Shown here piece by piece: positions 34,769-43,196 of a DNA stretch of 47,432 nt. The DNA comes from a bacterium (GTDB lineage: Bacteria; Oederibacteriota; Muellerivitia; Muellerivitales; Muellerivitaceae), in contig DATKOC010000188.1 in the NCBI GenBank assembly GCA_035524855.1, positions 1-47,432 on the forward strand. Direction: 5' to 3'. Each line of letters begins with the position of its first letter. Positions within the stretch are counted from its first letter, which is position 1. Below the pieces are notes generated by a model. It had not been told where the DNA came from and did no database searches. It saw nothing but the letters and a program-made list of their open reading frames with translations. The position numbers were made by a program, and so were the translations under genes.

Positions 34769-34970
34769 TGAGGATCCTCAGACTACCGAAAGAGTGAAGA
34801 GTGCTTTGAGTGTCCCTAAGCCAAGTCGAAGGGTCGGAGGTTCCGAATGCTATTTTCACCACTTTAAGGGGCCTTTTGGGGGAGGTTAAACGAAACGAGG
34901 GGAGAGTTTACGGAAAAAGGAGAATCAGCGCAATGCTTTTAAAATCACAACTTTTCAAGAACTTTAAGAT

Positions 34971-37472
34971 TTACCCTTGCCACTTTTTAATCTTGTCGAC
35001 ATAAGACGTCACAAGTTCTTTCGCCTTCTTCTCGCTCTCCGCTTCAGCGCTCACGTGAAAAAGAGCCATGTCGGCGTCGGGCAGGATCATGATAGAGGAA
35101 CCATTCTGGCTGATCTTGATGCCGTCAATGAGGTCCCGTTTCTCATTAGCGGTGTCCTCAATCAAGTGGCGCATGATGGTCCCCTTCATTTCCCAGGAAC
35201 AGGGTACCTTCTGGCTGACCTGGATTTTCTTGGGGATCTGTTCCAAGTAATGGGAGATGGGCTTTCCTTCCAGGGCGATAAACTCCATTAGTTTGGCCGT
35301 GGACATCATGGCGTCCATAAAGGGCGCGAAGGTTGGGAAAATGAACCCACCATCCGACTCGCCCACAAAAGCCACGTCTTTCTGGGTAGCCGCTTCCATG
35401 AGGGAATAGTTGTTAATCCGGGTCCGTTGGATATGACCCCCGTTGACCTTGGCTAAGTCATCAAGAGTTTGGGAACCATTGATCGGCACCACCGTCTTGG
35501 CACCTTTCCGCTTGTGGTAAGCGAAAAGCGAGAAAAGGGCCAGCAATTCAGTGCCGTGCAAAAGATGCCCCTTTTCATCCACCACGAAAATCTTTTCCGC
35601 CCCGGAGTCGAAAAGCACGCCGAAATGGGCCTTCAAGGTGGGAACAATATCCGACAATTGTTTCAAGGAGGCTTGGAATTCCTCCTGGGTCTTGGTGAGC
35701 TTGGTTTCGTCCATATAGGCGTTCAAGGCCACTACCTCGCAGCCCAATTTGCCCAACAGCGAGGGGAAAATAGGGGACGCCGCCGAAAAGGCGTAGTCAA
35801 TGATGACCTTTGGCTTGTAGTCCACGATGCTTTGGACGTTGAGCGACTCCAGGAAGCCCTCCTGGTAGAACTCTAAGAGACGGTGTGGGAAGGAAAGTTC
35901 CCCGGTCTCCTCCATGGTGGCCCGGCGGAAATCCTCCCGGTAAAAGAGGTTCTCGATGCCCTTTTCCTTGCCGGAGGAAAGGGCCAGTCCTCGGCTATCC
36001 ATGAATTTGATATCAACGAATTGTTTATCGAAGGGACTCTTTCGGGTGTGGAGCCCGCCCGCATTGCCCAGCTTGGGCACCGCGTAGCGCGCCACGGCGA
36101 TAGGCATATCCTGCAGGTCGTGGACATTGACCCCGGAGGAGAGGATGCCGGAAATAAGCGCCCGGTTGATCATACGGCTGGTTTTGTGGATGTCACGGGC
36201 CGTGACCACGGTGGAGCCCTTGGGGAGAGAGGCCCCGTAAGCCGCGCCCAGTTTGCTGGCGAACTCCGGTGTGATGTCGATACCCGCGATGCCGGTGACG
36301 CCATGCTGGCCGAAGATGGACCGGGCCCACTTGTCCCCCCAAATAAGCGAGGTGGCCAATTGGGCCTCATCCTCCACCACTTTGTTGGGCCAAACCTTGA
36401 CGCCCGCTTTGATCACCGCCTTTTTCCCGATGGTGCAGTTGTCCGAGATGATGGCGCCCTCAAAGATGTCCGCCTTCTCCTGCACGTCCGTGCCCGAGGA
36501 AATGACGCATTCCCTTGCCTCGGCCTCGGCTTCAATGGAAACGTTCCGCCATAGGATGGCATTGGTCAAAATCGCCCCCTCACCCACTTGGCACCCGTCC
36601 CCCAGGACGGAATTGGAAACCTTGGCGTTCTTCCCGATATTGCAATTGCTCCCCATGACAACCGTTCCCGAAAGCTGGGCGGTAGGATCAATATGGCTAT
36701 GGGGCCCTGCCCAAATCTCCTTGCCAACCTTGTTCACTCGGGTTCCCGGAATATTGATCTCCACCTTGCCCGCGAAAACATCCTGATGCGCCAAGCGATA
36801 CTGGTCCAGGTTGCCGATGTCGGCCCAGTAGCCTTGTGCGATATAGCCGTAAAGGGGCATGCCTTCCTTGAGCATGTGGGGGAACAGGTTCTTGGAGAAG
36901 TCGTAGTCCACTTTCTCGGGAATGAGGTCGAGCACCTCCGGCTCCAGGATGTAGATGCCGGTATTGACCGTGTCGGAAAAGACCTCACCCCAGGTTGGTT
37001 TTTCCAGGAACCGCTCGATGCGCCCATCCTTGTCGGTGATCACCACCCCAAAGGCCAAGGGGTTTTCCACCCGGGTGAGGATCATGGTGGCTTTGGCTTT
37101 GTTCTGCTCGTGGAACTTGATGGCGGCGGTTAGGTCGAAATCGGTCAGCACGTCTCCCGAGATGACCACGAACCTTTCCTTGCCGATCATGGGCTGGCAG
37201 TTCTTCACGGACCCGGCGGTGCCCAAGTCGCTTTCCGCCGCCTTGTACTGCATCTGGATTCCAAAGTCGGAACCGTTCTTGAAATATTCGGTGATCACTT
37301 CCGGCTGGTAGAAAACAACGCTGATCAGGTCGGTCAGGTGGTGCTTCTTTAACAATTCGACGATGATTTCCATGATCGGACGATTAACCATGGGAATCAT
37401 GGGTTTGGGAAGGTTGATGGTGAGGGGCCTCATGCGGGTGCCGAACCCGCCGGCCATGATGACGGCTTTCAT
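34971..37472 (-). CDS. Sugar-1-phosphate nucleotidyltransferase (with left-handed beta-helix) fused to a divergent phosphohexomutase-like domain
   Basis: The track ORF is trimmed to the ATG at 37472 (MKAVIMAGGFGTRMRPLT...KPM). The nucleotidyltransferase signature is followed by hexapeptide repeats. The C-terminal ~450 aa are mutase-like but carry GGLHTRKSPFD, FDSGAEK, GESDGG and LPDADMA where the canonical motifs would be. Confidence 0.85.
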   Translation of the reverse strand: MKAVIMAGGFGTRMRPLTINLPKPMIPMVNRPIMEIIVELLKKHHLTDLISVVFYQPEVITEYFKNGSDFGIQMQYKAAESDLGTAGSVKNCQPMIGKERFVVISGDVLTDFDLTAAIKFHEQNKAKATMILTRVENPLAFGVVITDKDGRIERFLEKPTWGEVFSDTVNTGIYILEPEVLDLIPEKVDYDFSKNLFPHMLKEGMPLYGYIAQGYWADIGNLDQYRLAHQDVFAGKVEINIPGTRVNKVGKEIWAGPHSHIDPTAQLSGTVVMGSNCNIGKNAKVSNSVLGDGCQVGEGAILTNAILWRNVSIEAEAEARECVISSGTDVQEKADIFEGAIISDNCTIGKKAVIKAGVKVWPNKVVEDEAQLATSLIWGDKWARSIFGQHGVTGIAGIDITPEFASKLGAAYGASLPKGSTVVTARDIHKTSRMINRALISGILSSGVNVHDLQDMPIAVARYAVPKLGNAGGLHTRKSPFDKQFVDIKFMDSRGLALSSGKEKGIENLFYREDFRRATMEETGELSFPHRLLEFYQEGFLESLNVQSIVDYKPKVIIDYAFSAASPIFPSLLGKLGCEVVALNAYMDETKLTKTQEEFQASLKQLSDIVPTLKAHFGVLFDSGAEKIFVVDEKGHLLHGTELLALFSLFAYHKRKGAKTVVPINGSQTLDDLAKVNGGHIQRTRINNYSLMEAATQKDVAFVGESDGGFIFPTFAPFMDAMMSTAKLMEFIALEGKPISHYLEQIPKKIQVSQKVPCSWEMKGTIMRHLIEDTANEKRDLIDGIKISQNGSSIMILPDADMALFHVSAEAESEKKAKELVTSYVDKIKKWQG

Positions 37473-37493
37473 GCCAACCTTCCCAATCAAAAT

Positions 37494-37517
37494 TTCCACA
37501 CGCGAATGCGTGTGGAA
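37494..37517. repeat. Perfect 10-bp inverted repeat TTCCACACGC-GAAT-GCGTGTGGAA
   Basis: Read directly from the sequence. It lies 22-45 nt upstream of the nucleotidyltransferase ATG (37472), inside a 336-nt divergent intergenic region. Confidence 0.6.
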
Positions 37518-37808
37518 AAAATAGGGGTTGGCATAGTGCCGATTTCCATTAAATTTAAATTGAAGGATCGGTACATAAAAGGGTGACCTTTGTCGAACCG
37601 TCACTGCGTAGGAAGATCGCCGTGGCAGCAAATTTTCGAGTTCATTTTACTTATTTTCACGGGAAAATTGAACTTTTCTATTCTCCACCCTCCGTGGGAG
37701 AATATCGGCCCGCAACCGGCCGCGTATGGAAAACCGAATGCACCTTGCATTTTCTTCCCTGAATAACCATGTTATAGGCCGCTAACCGACACTGAAGGAG
37801 TCAGCTGA

Positions 37809-39167
37809 ATGAAATTTTCCGAACAAGACATCCTAACCGCCCTGCGCAAAATCCAGGACCCCGACCTGCACCAGGACATCGTGTCCTTGGGCTTCATCAA
37901 GAACATGAAGATTGACTCTGGCAAGGTCAGTTTCGACATCGAGATGACTACGCCCGCCTGCCCGGTAAAGGACCAATTCAAGAAACAGGCCGAGGAAGAA
38001 GTCAAAAAGATCAGCGGGGTTACCGGCGTGGAAGTAAAGATGACTTCCAACGTGCGTCAGGCCCCCACCGGCATCAAAAACCTCAACATGCCTTCCGTGA
38101 AGAACCTGATCGCCGTGGCCTCCGGCAAGGGCGGCGTGGGCAAGAGCACCGTCTCCACAAACCTGGCCCTGGCCCTGGCCAAAACCGGCGCCGCGGTGGG
38201 GCTCATGGATGCCGACGTTTATGGCCCTTCCATCCCCCGCATGCTGGGCGTGCTGGGCAAACAGCCCGATACCGATCCCCTGACCAAGAAAATGATCCCT
38301 TTCGAGAAGCACGGCATCAAGTTCATGTCCGTCGGAATGCTCCAGCAAGAATCCGACACCGCCCTCATTTGGCGCGGGCCCATGGCCAGTAAGCTGGTTC
38401 AGCAATTCCTGGGGGGTGTGGAATGGGGCGAGTTGGATTATCTCCTTATAGACCTTCCGCCCGGCACCGGCGACATCCAATTGACCCTCACCCAGTCGGT
38501 CCCCCTGGCAGGCGCCATTATCGTCACCACCCCTCAAGATGTGGCCCGTACCATTACCCAAAAGGGCCTGCGCATGTTCCAACAGCTGCAGGTGCCCATC
38601 ATCGGGATCGTCGAGAACATGAGTGGCTTCGTCTGCGGGCACTGCCACGAAGTGACCCCTATCTTCAAAAAGGGAGGAGGCAAAAAGATGTCGGAAGAAT
38701 TGATGGTTCCCTTCCTCGGCGAGGTTCCCTTGGAGCCCATCATCGCCGCCGACGGGGATTACGGCATCCCGACCGTGGCCGCCCATCCCGACACCCTGTC
38801 GGGCAAGGCCTACGACTCCATGGCCCGGCAAATGGCGGCCCAGCTTTCCATCATCAACGCCGCCACGGCCAAGGTGACCGCCCGGCCCAAGGAAGTGAAC
38901 ACCCAGGATCCCTCGGTGACCACCATCACCTGGGAGGACGATAAGGTCATGCGCTATCCCAACCGCTACTTGCGGAGCATGTGCCCCTGCGCCCAATGCG
39001 TGGATGAGTTAACCGGCCAGCGGATCATCAAGATTGATTCCATTGACCCGGAGGTTCGCATCGTGGGCGTGGCCCCCGTGGGCCGCTACGCCCTGCATTT
39101 CCAGTGGTCCGACGGCCACGGTACCGGGCTTTACTCCTTCGATACCCTCCGCCAGCTCGGGGAGTGA
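37809..39167 (+). CDS. apbC: Fe-S cluster carrier ATPase Mrp/ApbC/NBP35 with N-terminal DUF59 and C-terminal DUF971 domains
   Basis: 452 aa. It has a DUF59-like N-terminus (ILTALRKIQDPDLHQDIVSLGFI), a deviant Walker A SGKGGVGKS, the CGHC motif and a C-terminal DUF971-like region (YLRSMCPCAQCVDE...HFQWSDGHGTGLYSF). ATG with GAAGGAG upstream. Confidence 0.9.
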   Translation: MKFSEQDILTALRKIQDPDLHQDIVSLGFIKNMKIDSGKVSFDIEMTTPACPVKDQFKKQAEEEVKKISGVTGVEVKMTSNVRQAPTGIKNLNMPSVKNLIAVASGKGGVGKSTVSTNLALALAKTGAAVGLMDADVYGPSIPRMLGVLGKQPDTDPLTKKMIPFEKHGIKFMSVGMLQQESDTALIWRGPMASKLVQQFLGGVEWGELDYLLIDLPPGTGDIQLTLTQSVPLAGAIIVTTPQDVARTITQKGLRMFQQLQVPIIGIVENMSGFVCGHCHEVTPIFKKGGGKKMSEELMVPFLGEVPLEPIIAADGDYGIPTVAAHPDTLSGKAYDSMARQMAAQLSIINAATAKVTARPKEVNTQDPSVTTITWEDDKVMRYPNRYLRSMCPCAQCVDELTGQRIIKIDSIDPEVRIVGVAPVGRYALHFQWSDGHGTGLYSFDTLRQLGE

Positions 39168-39277
39168 CTTAAATCATCTTTTCAGGCCGCCTTTTTTCCC
39201 TATAATTCCCCCTTTCCGTCCAGCCTCTCGGTTCGTTTTTCATCGTTCAATGGCGGATGGTTGTTAAGATAGATTTT

Positions 39278-39296
39278 GATAATGATTTTCAATATC
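39278..39296 (+). promoter_or_regulatory. Fur box upstream of the cytochrome c/FTR1 permease gene
   Basis: GATAATGATTTTCAATATC matches the 19-bp Fur consensus GATAATGATAATCATTATC at 16 of 19 positions. It lies 24-42 nt upstream of the annotated start. Confidence 0.55.
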
Positions 39297-39319
39297 ATGG
39301 CTTCAATTCTTAAAGGCGG

Positions 39320-41311
39320 TTGGACGTGACCCGGAAATTACTTCTCCTCTCGGCCCTTTTGCTTTTTTGCTTCCTCGGGATGTGGCCCCTTTTCAAGGCG
39401 GGCACCAACCCCGCTTTCGGCGGCGACGAAGGTGAAAAATCCCCGCGCCTGCTCGTCCATCTTTTGGATTATCTGGCGGTGGATTATGGCGGCGCCGTCA
39501 AGAACGGAAAGGTCCTGAGCCTTTCGGAATATAAAGAACAGCAGGAGTTCGTCAAAACCGTCGTCGAGCTGGGGCAGACCCTGCCCGAGGTGAAGTCTTC
39601 CACCGACGTTCAATCCCTTATCCAAAACTTGAACAATCTTATCCAATCCAAGGCCGACCCTGTCCAGGTGGCCGCGGCGGCCCGCCTCGCCCAATCCAAA
39701 GTCATCCAACTGGCGGGCATTCCCGTCGCCCCCACCTCCTGGCCTAACTTGTCCTACGGCAAAACCCTCTTTGCCAACACTTGCGCCAAATGCCACGGCC
39801 CGCAAGGCTATGGCGACGGGCCTTCCGCCGCGTCCCTGAATCCCAAGCCGGTCAACCTCATGGACCATGCCCGCATGGACAAGATGACGCCCTTCCAGGT
39901 CTTCAACGCGGTGCGGTTGGGTGTTCCCAACACCGCCATGGCGGCCTTCACGACCTTCTCCGACCAGGATGTTTGGAACCTCGCCTTTTACGCCATTTCC
40001 CTCCGGTACCAGACGTCCCCGCCCCAGGACCAGGCGATGCTCTTCCAAAAAGGGCGTTCCTCCTTGAAAGCTTCCCTGGAAAAATCCCTCCCGCTCCTGG
40101 CCACGACATCGGACACATCCCTGCTCGAGAATCTCAAAATGCCCCCTGCCGAACAACAGCAAGTCCTGGCCTCACTTCGCCTCCATACGGTGGAAAACGG
40201 CGCGGAAGAGTCCCTCAATTTCGCGAAATACTGTCTTCAGGAATCCTTGGCGGATTACCTGACGAACCATTTCCAATCGTCTTCCGAAAAAGCCTTACGG
40301 GCCTACGTGGAAGGCGTGGAACCGGTCGAGCCCCGCCTGAAGGCCAGCGATCCCCAAGCGGTGACCGATTTGGAGCAAATGATGGGCCTGGCCCGCGCTG
40401 CCGTGAACGGGAAAAAACCGGTCGGCGAGGTCAACACCGCCTTCATGAAAGCCTTCGACGCCCTGGCCAACGCCTCCAAGCTCCTCCAGCAAAAAACTAC
40501 CACTCCTTGGATGACCTTCACCCTGGCCTTTGGCATCTTGATCCGCGAGGGCTTCGAGGCGGTGCTGTTGATCGTGGCCCTTTTAGGTGTCATCCGCGCT
40601 TCGGGGGCCAAAAAGGCCCGGCGCTGGGTGCATGGCGGATGGCTGGCGGCGGTGGGCTTGGGTGTGGTGGCTTGGTTCTTCTCGGGATGGTTGATGGACT
40701 TAAGCGGCTTGGGGAGGGAAATGATGGAAGGCATCACGGGTCTTTTAACCGTGGTAATCCTTCTTTACATCGGCTTCTGGCTCCATAGCCGCACCGAAAT
40801 TACCCGTTGGAAGGCTTTCATCGAGGGACAGGTCAAGGCGGCGGTGGAGGGGAGAAACCTCATGCAATTGGCCTTCATTTCTTTCTTAGCGGCCTTCCGC
40901 GAGGCCATTGAGACGGTGCTCTTTTTGCGGGCCATTTGGCTGGAGGGAGGCTCCGAAACCAAGACGGCCCTGGAGGCGGGAGTGGCGGGGGCCTTTGTGG
41001 CCATCCTATTGCTGGGCTGGCTCTTGCTGGTCTTCAGCACCCGGATTCCGATCAAGACGGTGTTCAACATTTCCTCAATGATCATGGTGGCGCTGGCGGT
41101 CATCTTAACCGGCAAGGCCATTCATTCGTTCCAGGAGGTGGACCTGGTCTCGATCACCCTGTCGCCGCTAAGCCTGCATTCGGAGTGGCTCGGCCTTTAC
41201 CCCACCCAGGAAACCATCCTCTTTCAATTGGCGGTCCTAGCCTTGAGCGTCGGTCTCTGGGTTTACGGCAAGAAAGCGCCCGACAAGAAACAAAAAGGGT
41301 TATCGAACTGA
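39320..41311 (+). CDS. Cytochrome c / FTR1-family iron permease fusion
   Basis: 663 aa. It has a signal peptide, the haem-binding CAKCH with a distal Met region (VPNTAMAAF), then a 7-TM FTR1 domain with two RExxE motifs (REGFE, REAIE). TTG start at 39320; a GTG at 39326 is also possible. Confidence 0.85.
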   Translation: MDVTRKLLLLSALLLFCFLGMWPLFKAGTNPAFGGDEGEKSPRLLVHLLDYLAVDYGGAVKNGKVLSLSEYKEQQEFVKTVVELGQTLPEVKSSTDVQSLIQNLNNLIQSKADPVQVAAAARLAQSKVIQLAGIPVAPTSWPNLSYGKTLFANTCAKCHGPQGYGDGPSAASLNPKPVNLMDHARMDKMTPFQVFNAVRLGVPNTAMAAFTTFSDQDVWNLAFYAISLRYQTSPPQDQAMLFQKGRSSLKASLEKSLPLLATTSDTSLLENLKMPPAEQQQVLASLRLHTVENGAEESLNFAKYCLQESLADYLTNHFQSSSEKALRAYVEGVEPVEPRLKASDPQAVTDLEQMMGLARAAVNGKKPVGEVNTAFMKAFDALANASKLLQQKTTTPWMTFTLAFGILIREGFEAVLLIVALLGVIRASGAKKARRWVHGGWLAAVGLGVVAWFFSGWLMDLSGLGREMMEGITGLLTVVILLYIGFWLHSRTEITRWKAFIEGQVKAAVEGRNLMQLAFISFLAAFREAIETVLFLRAIWLEGGSETKTALEAGVAGAFVAILLLGWLLLVFSTRIPIKTVFNISSMIMVALAVILTGKAIHSFQEVDLVSITLSPLSLHSEWLGLYPTQETILFQLAVLALSVGLWVYGKKAPDKKQKGLSN

Positions 41312-43087
41312 AGCGACTTTTTCGAGAAATTCCTCCACGGGGATAAACCCAACCGCCCTCAGGTTTTTCCGCTCCTGTCCATCGGTCCCAATAAACACTA
41401 GTGTCGGGACCCCCATGATGCCGTAGGTTTTCTTAAGTTGCTCCACCGGTCCCGAGGAATATTGGCTCAAATCGGCCTTGAGCAGAACCCATCCCTTCAA
41501 AGCCTCGTGCACCTTCGCGTCGGAAAAAGTTTTCACTTCAAGTTCCTTGCAGGGCAGGCACCAGCTGGCGGTGAAATCAATGAAAACGGGCTTCTTGTCC
41601 TGCGCCGACTTTTGTAAAAGAGCTGAATCATAATTCTCAAAGGGCAATTCCACCGTCCGGGGCCAAGCCTGGTAAACCAACCCGCTGACCAGGATGAGGA
41701 AAATCCCGAAACCATGCTGGAATTTCTTGAATCCCGGGGTCACTCCGGCGCCCGAAAAGAACCAACCCAACAAAACCCCGCAAACCAAAAGATAAGCCGG
41801 AAGCGCGAGATGATTGAAGTCCTTCGGCAAGAGCGGATTCAGGAAATAAAGCGGCATGCCCAGAAGCACCAGCCCGAATATTTTTTTGACCCAAACCATC
41901 CACATGCCCGACTTGGGGAGTCGTTGGATTTCCGTGGAGAAGAATCCCAGCCAGAGATAGGGGAATCCCAACCCCAACGATAGGGTGAAAAACATGATGA
42001 AACCGAGGTAAGGGTTAGCCTTGGCCGCCACGAAGGTCAAAAGACCGATGGAAAAGGGGTCCACGCAGGGCGCCGCCACGATCCCGAAGACCAGGCCCAT
42101 TCCCAGCGCCCCAATCCAGCCTTGTGTGTTCCCCGCCGCCACCTTGTTCAAAAGCCAGGTGGGGGCCTGAATCTCATAAAGGCCGAACATAGAAAGGGAC
42201 AACCCCGCCAAAAGAAGGGAGATGCCGATCAGCACAAAGGGTGATTGTAGGGTGGACCCCAGGATTTTTCCCGTCAAGGCCGCGGTCACACCTAACGAGG
42301 AATAGGTCATCGAGATACCCATCACATAGGCCGCCGCCCGTCCCAGCACCACCAGGGGTTTTTCCGCCTTTTGGGTCCCGAAATAGGAGACGGTAATTGG
42401 GATCATCGGATAAACGCAGGGGGTCAGGTTGAGGGCCAGACCTCCCAAGAAGATCAGGAGGAAGGTGAGGAAAATACCGTTGTTCTTCAGGTACTTGGCA
42501 ATGATGTTTTCCTGTTCCCCGCCCGTTCCTTGAGGGACGGTGAACATTTCTTGATTCGCCGGCTGAGGGCTCTCGCCTTGGAAAGGCAATTGAACTTCTG
42601 GAAAAAATGAAATCTCGGAAGGCCGCAAGCAGAACTTGTCGTTGCAAGCTTGTACTTTTAATTCAAGAGGTATCTTAAGGACTTGTTCTTTGGAAGGGTG
42701 CCTATGACGCAGGGGAACAATAATCCGAATTTCTCCAGCGTAGACGGAATAAGGGTTGGTCACCCCGCCTAACGCTTCTTGTACACCCAGGGGATACTCG
42801 ATGGGACCTGCGATTTCAAAAGGCGACCCAGCCTCCAATGAAACTTCCAGCGGAATGAAATATTGGGGCAGCCCCTCATGGGCGTTAACGTGCCAACCCT
42901 CCTTGATGATGACTTGTACCGCAACTTTGAAGGGATCGTTGAACGGAATGGGCCGAAGGGAGGGATAAGCCTTCACCGTGACCACGTCCCCGCTGGCCGC
43001 CGGTTGGCCCTGCTGCGCCGCTAAAAAATGGGGCGACCCTAAAAAACCCAAGAGGGCCAATATCGAAAAAATGGCTCGTCGTGTCAT
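41300..43087 (-). CDS. dsbD: Thiol:disulfide interchange protein DsbD (alpha domain, CcdA-type core and thioredoxin domain)
   Basis: The N-terminal domain Cys pair is ACNDKFC, the membrane-core cysteines are LTPCVYP and APCVDP, and the C-terminal thioredoxin motif is WCLPC. I prefer the ATG at 43087 (AAGGA upstream). The track start is a TTG at 43111. Confidence 0.85.
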   Translation of the reverse strand: MTRRAIFSILALLGFLGSPHFLAAQQGQPAASGDVVTVKAYPSLRPIPFNDPFKVAVQVIIKEGWHVNAHEGLPQYFIPLEVSLEAGSPFEIAGPIEYPLGVQEALGGVTNPYSVYAGEIRIIVPLRHRHPSKEQVLKIPLELKVQACNDKFCLRPSEISFFPEVQLPFQGESPQPANQEMFTVPQGTGGEQENIIAKYLKNNGIFLTFLLIFLGGLALNLTPCVYPMIPITVSYFGTQKAEKPLVVLGRAAAYVMGISMTYSSLGVTAALTGKILGSTLQSPFVLIGISLLLAGLSLSMFGLYEIQAPTWLLNKVAAGNTQGWIGALGMGLVFGIVAAPCVDPFSIGLLTFVAAKANPYLGFIMFFTLSLGLGFPYLWLGFFSTEIQRLPKSGMWMVWVKKIFGLVLLGMPLYFLNPLLPKDFNHLALPAYLLVCGVLLGWFFSGAGVTPGFKKFQHGFGIFLILVSGLVYQAWPRTVELPFENYDSALLQKSAQDKKPVFIDFTASWCLPCKELEVKTFSDAKVHEALKGWVLLKADLSQYSSGPVEQLKKTYGIMGVPTLVFIGTDGQERKNLRAVGFIPVEEFLEKVASVR

Positions 43088-43132
43088 AGTTTCCTTTAGA
43101 CGCCTCTTCAATCAGGCGTTCCCCCCGAAAAT

Positions 43133-43170
43133 AAAAAACCCCCGCGGCCAACGCCACAGGGGTTTATTTT
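43133..43170 (-). terminator. Rho-independent terminator after the LacI-family gene
   Basis: The minus strand reads AAACCCCUG-loop-CGGGGGUUU followed by UUUAUUUU. It lies 27 nt after the LacI stop and just upstream of dsbD. Confidence 0.6.
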
Positions 43171-43196
43171 AACGGCCCTTTCCTATCTTTCCGGCG

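Noticed and set aside
37833-38996. Long antisense ORFs. These are the 387 aa opposite mrp, 43218-44279 opposite the LacI gene (353 aa) and 39781-40788 and 39338-40162 within or opposite the FTR1 gene. Also 17729-18589, 44583-45455, 46450-47274 and 32228-32920.
   Set aside because: Each lies opposite or out of frame with a gene that has clear family motifs. Their translations are Gly/Arg/His/Asp/Leu-rich low-complexity strings with no recognisable motifs and no Shine-Dalgarno. Stop-poor alternative frames are expected at this GC content and codon bias.
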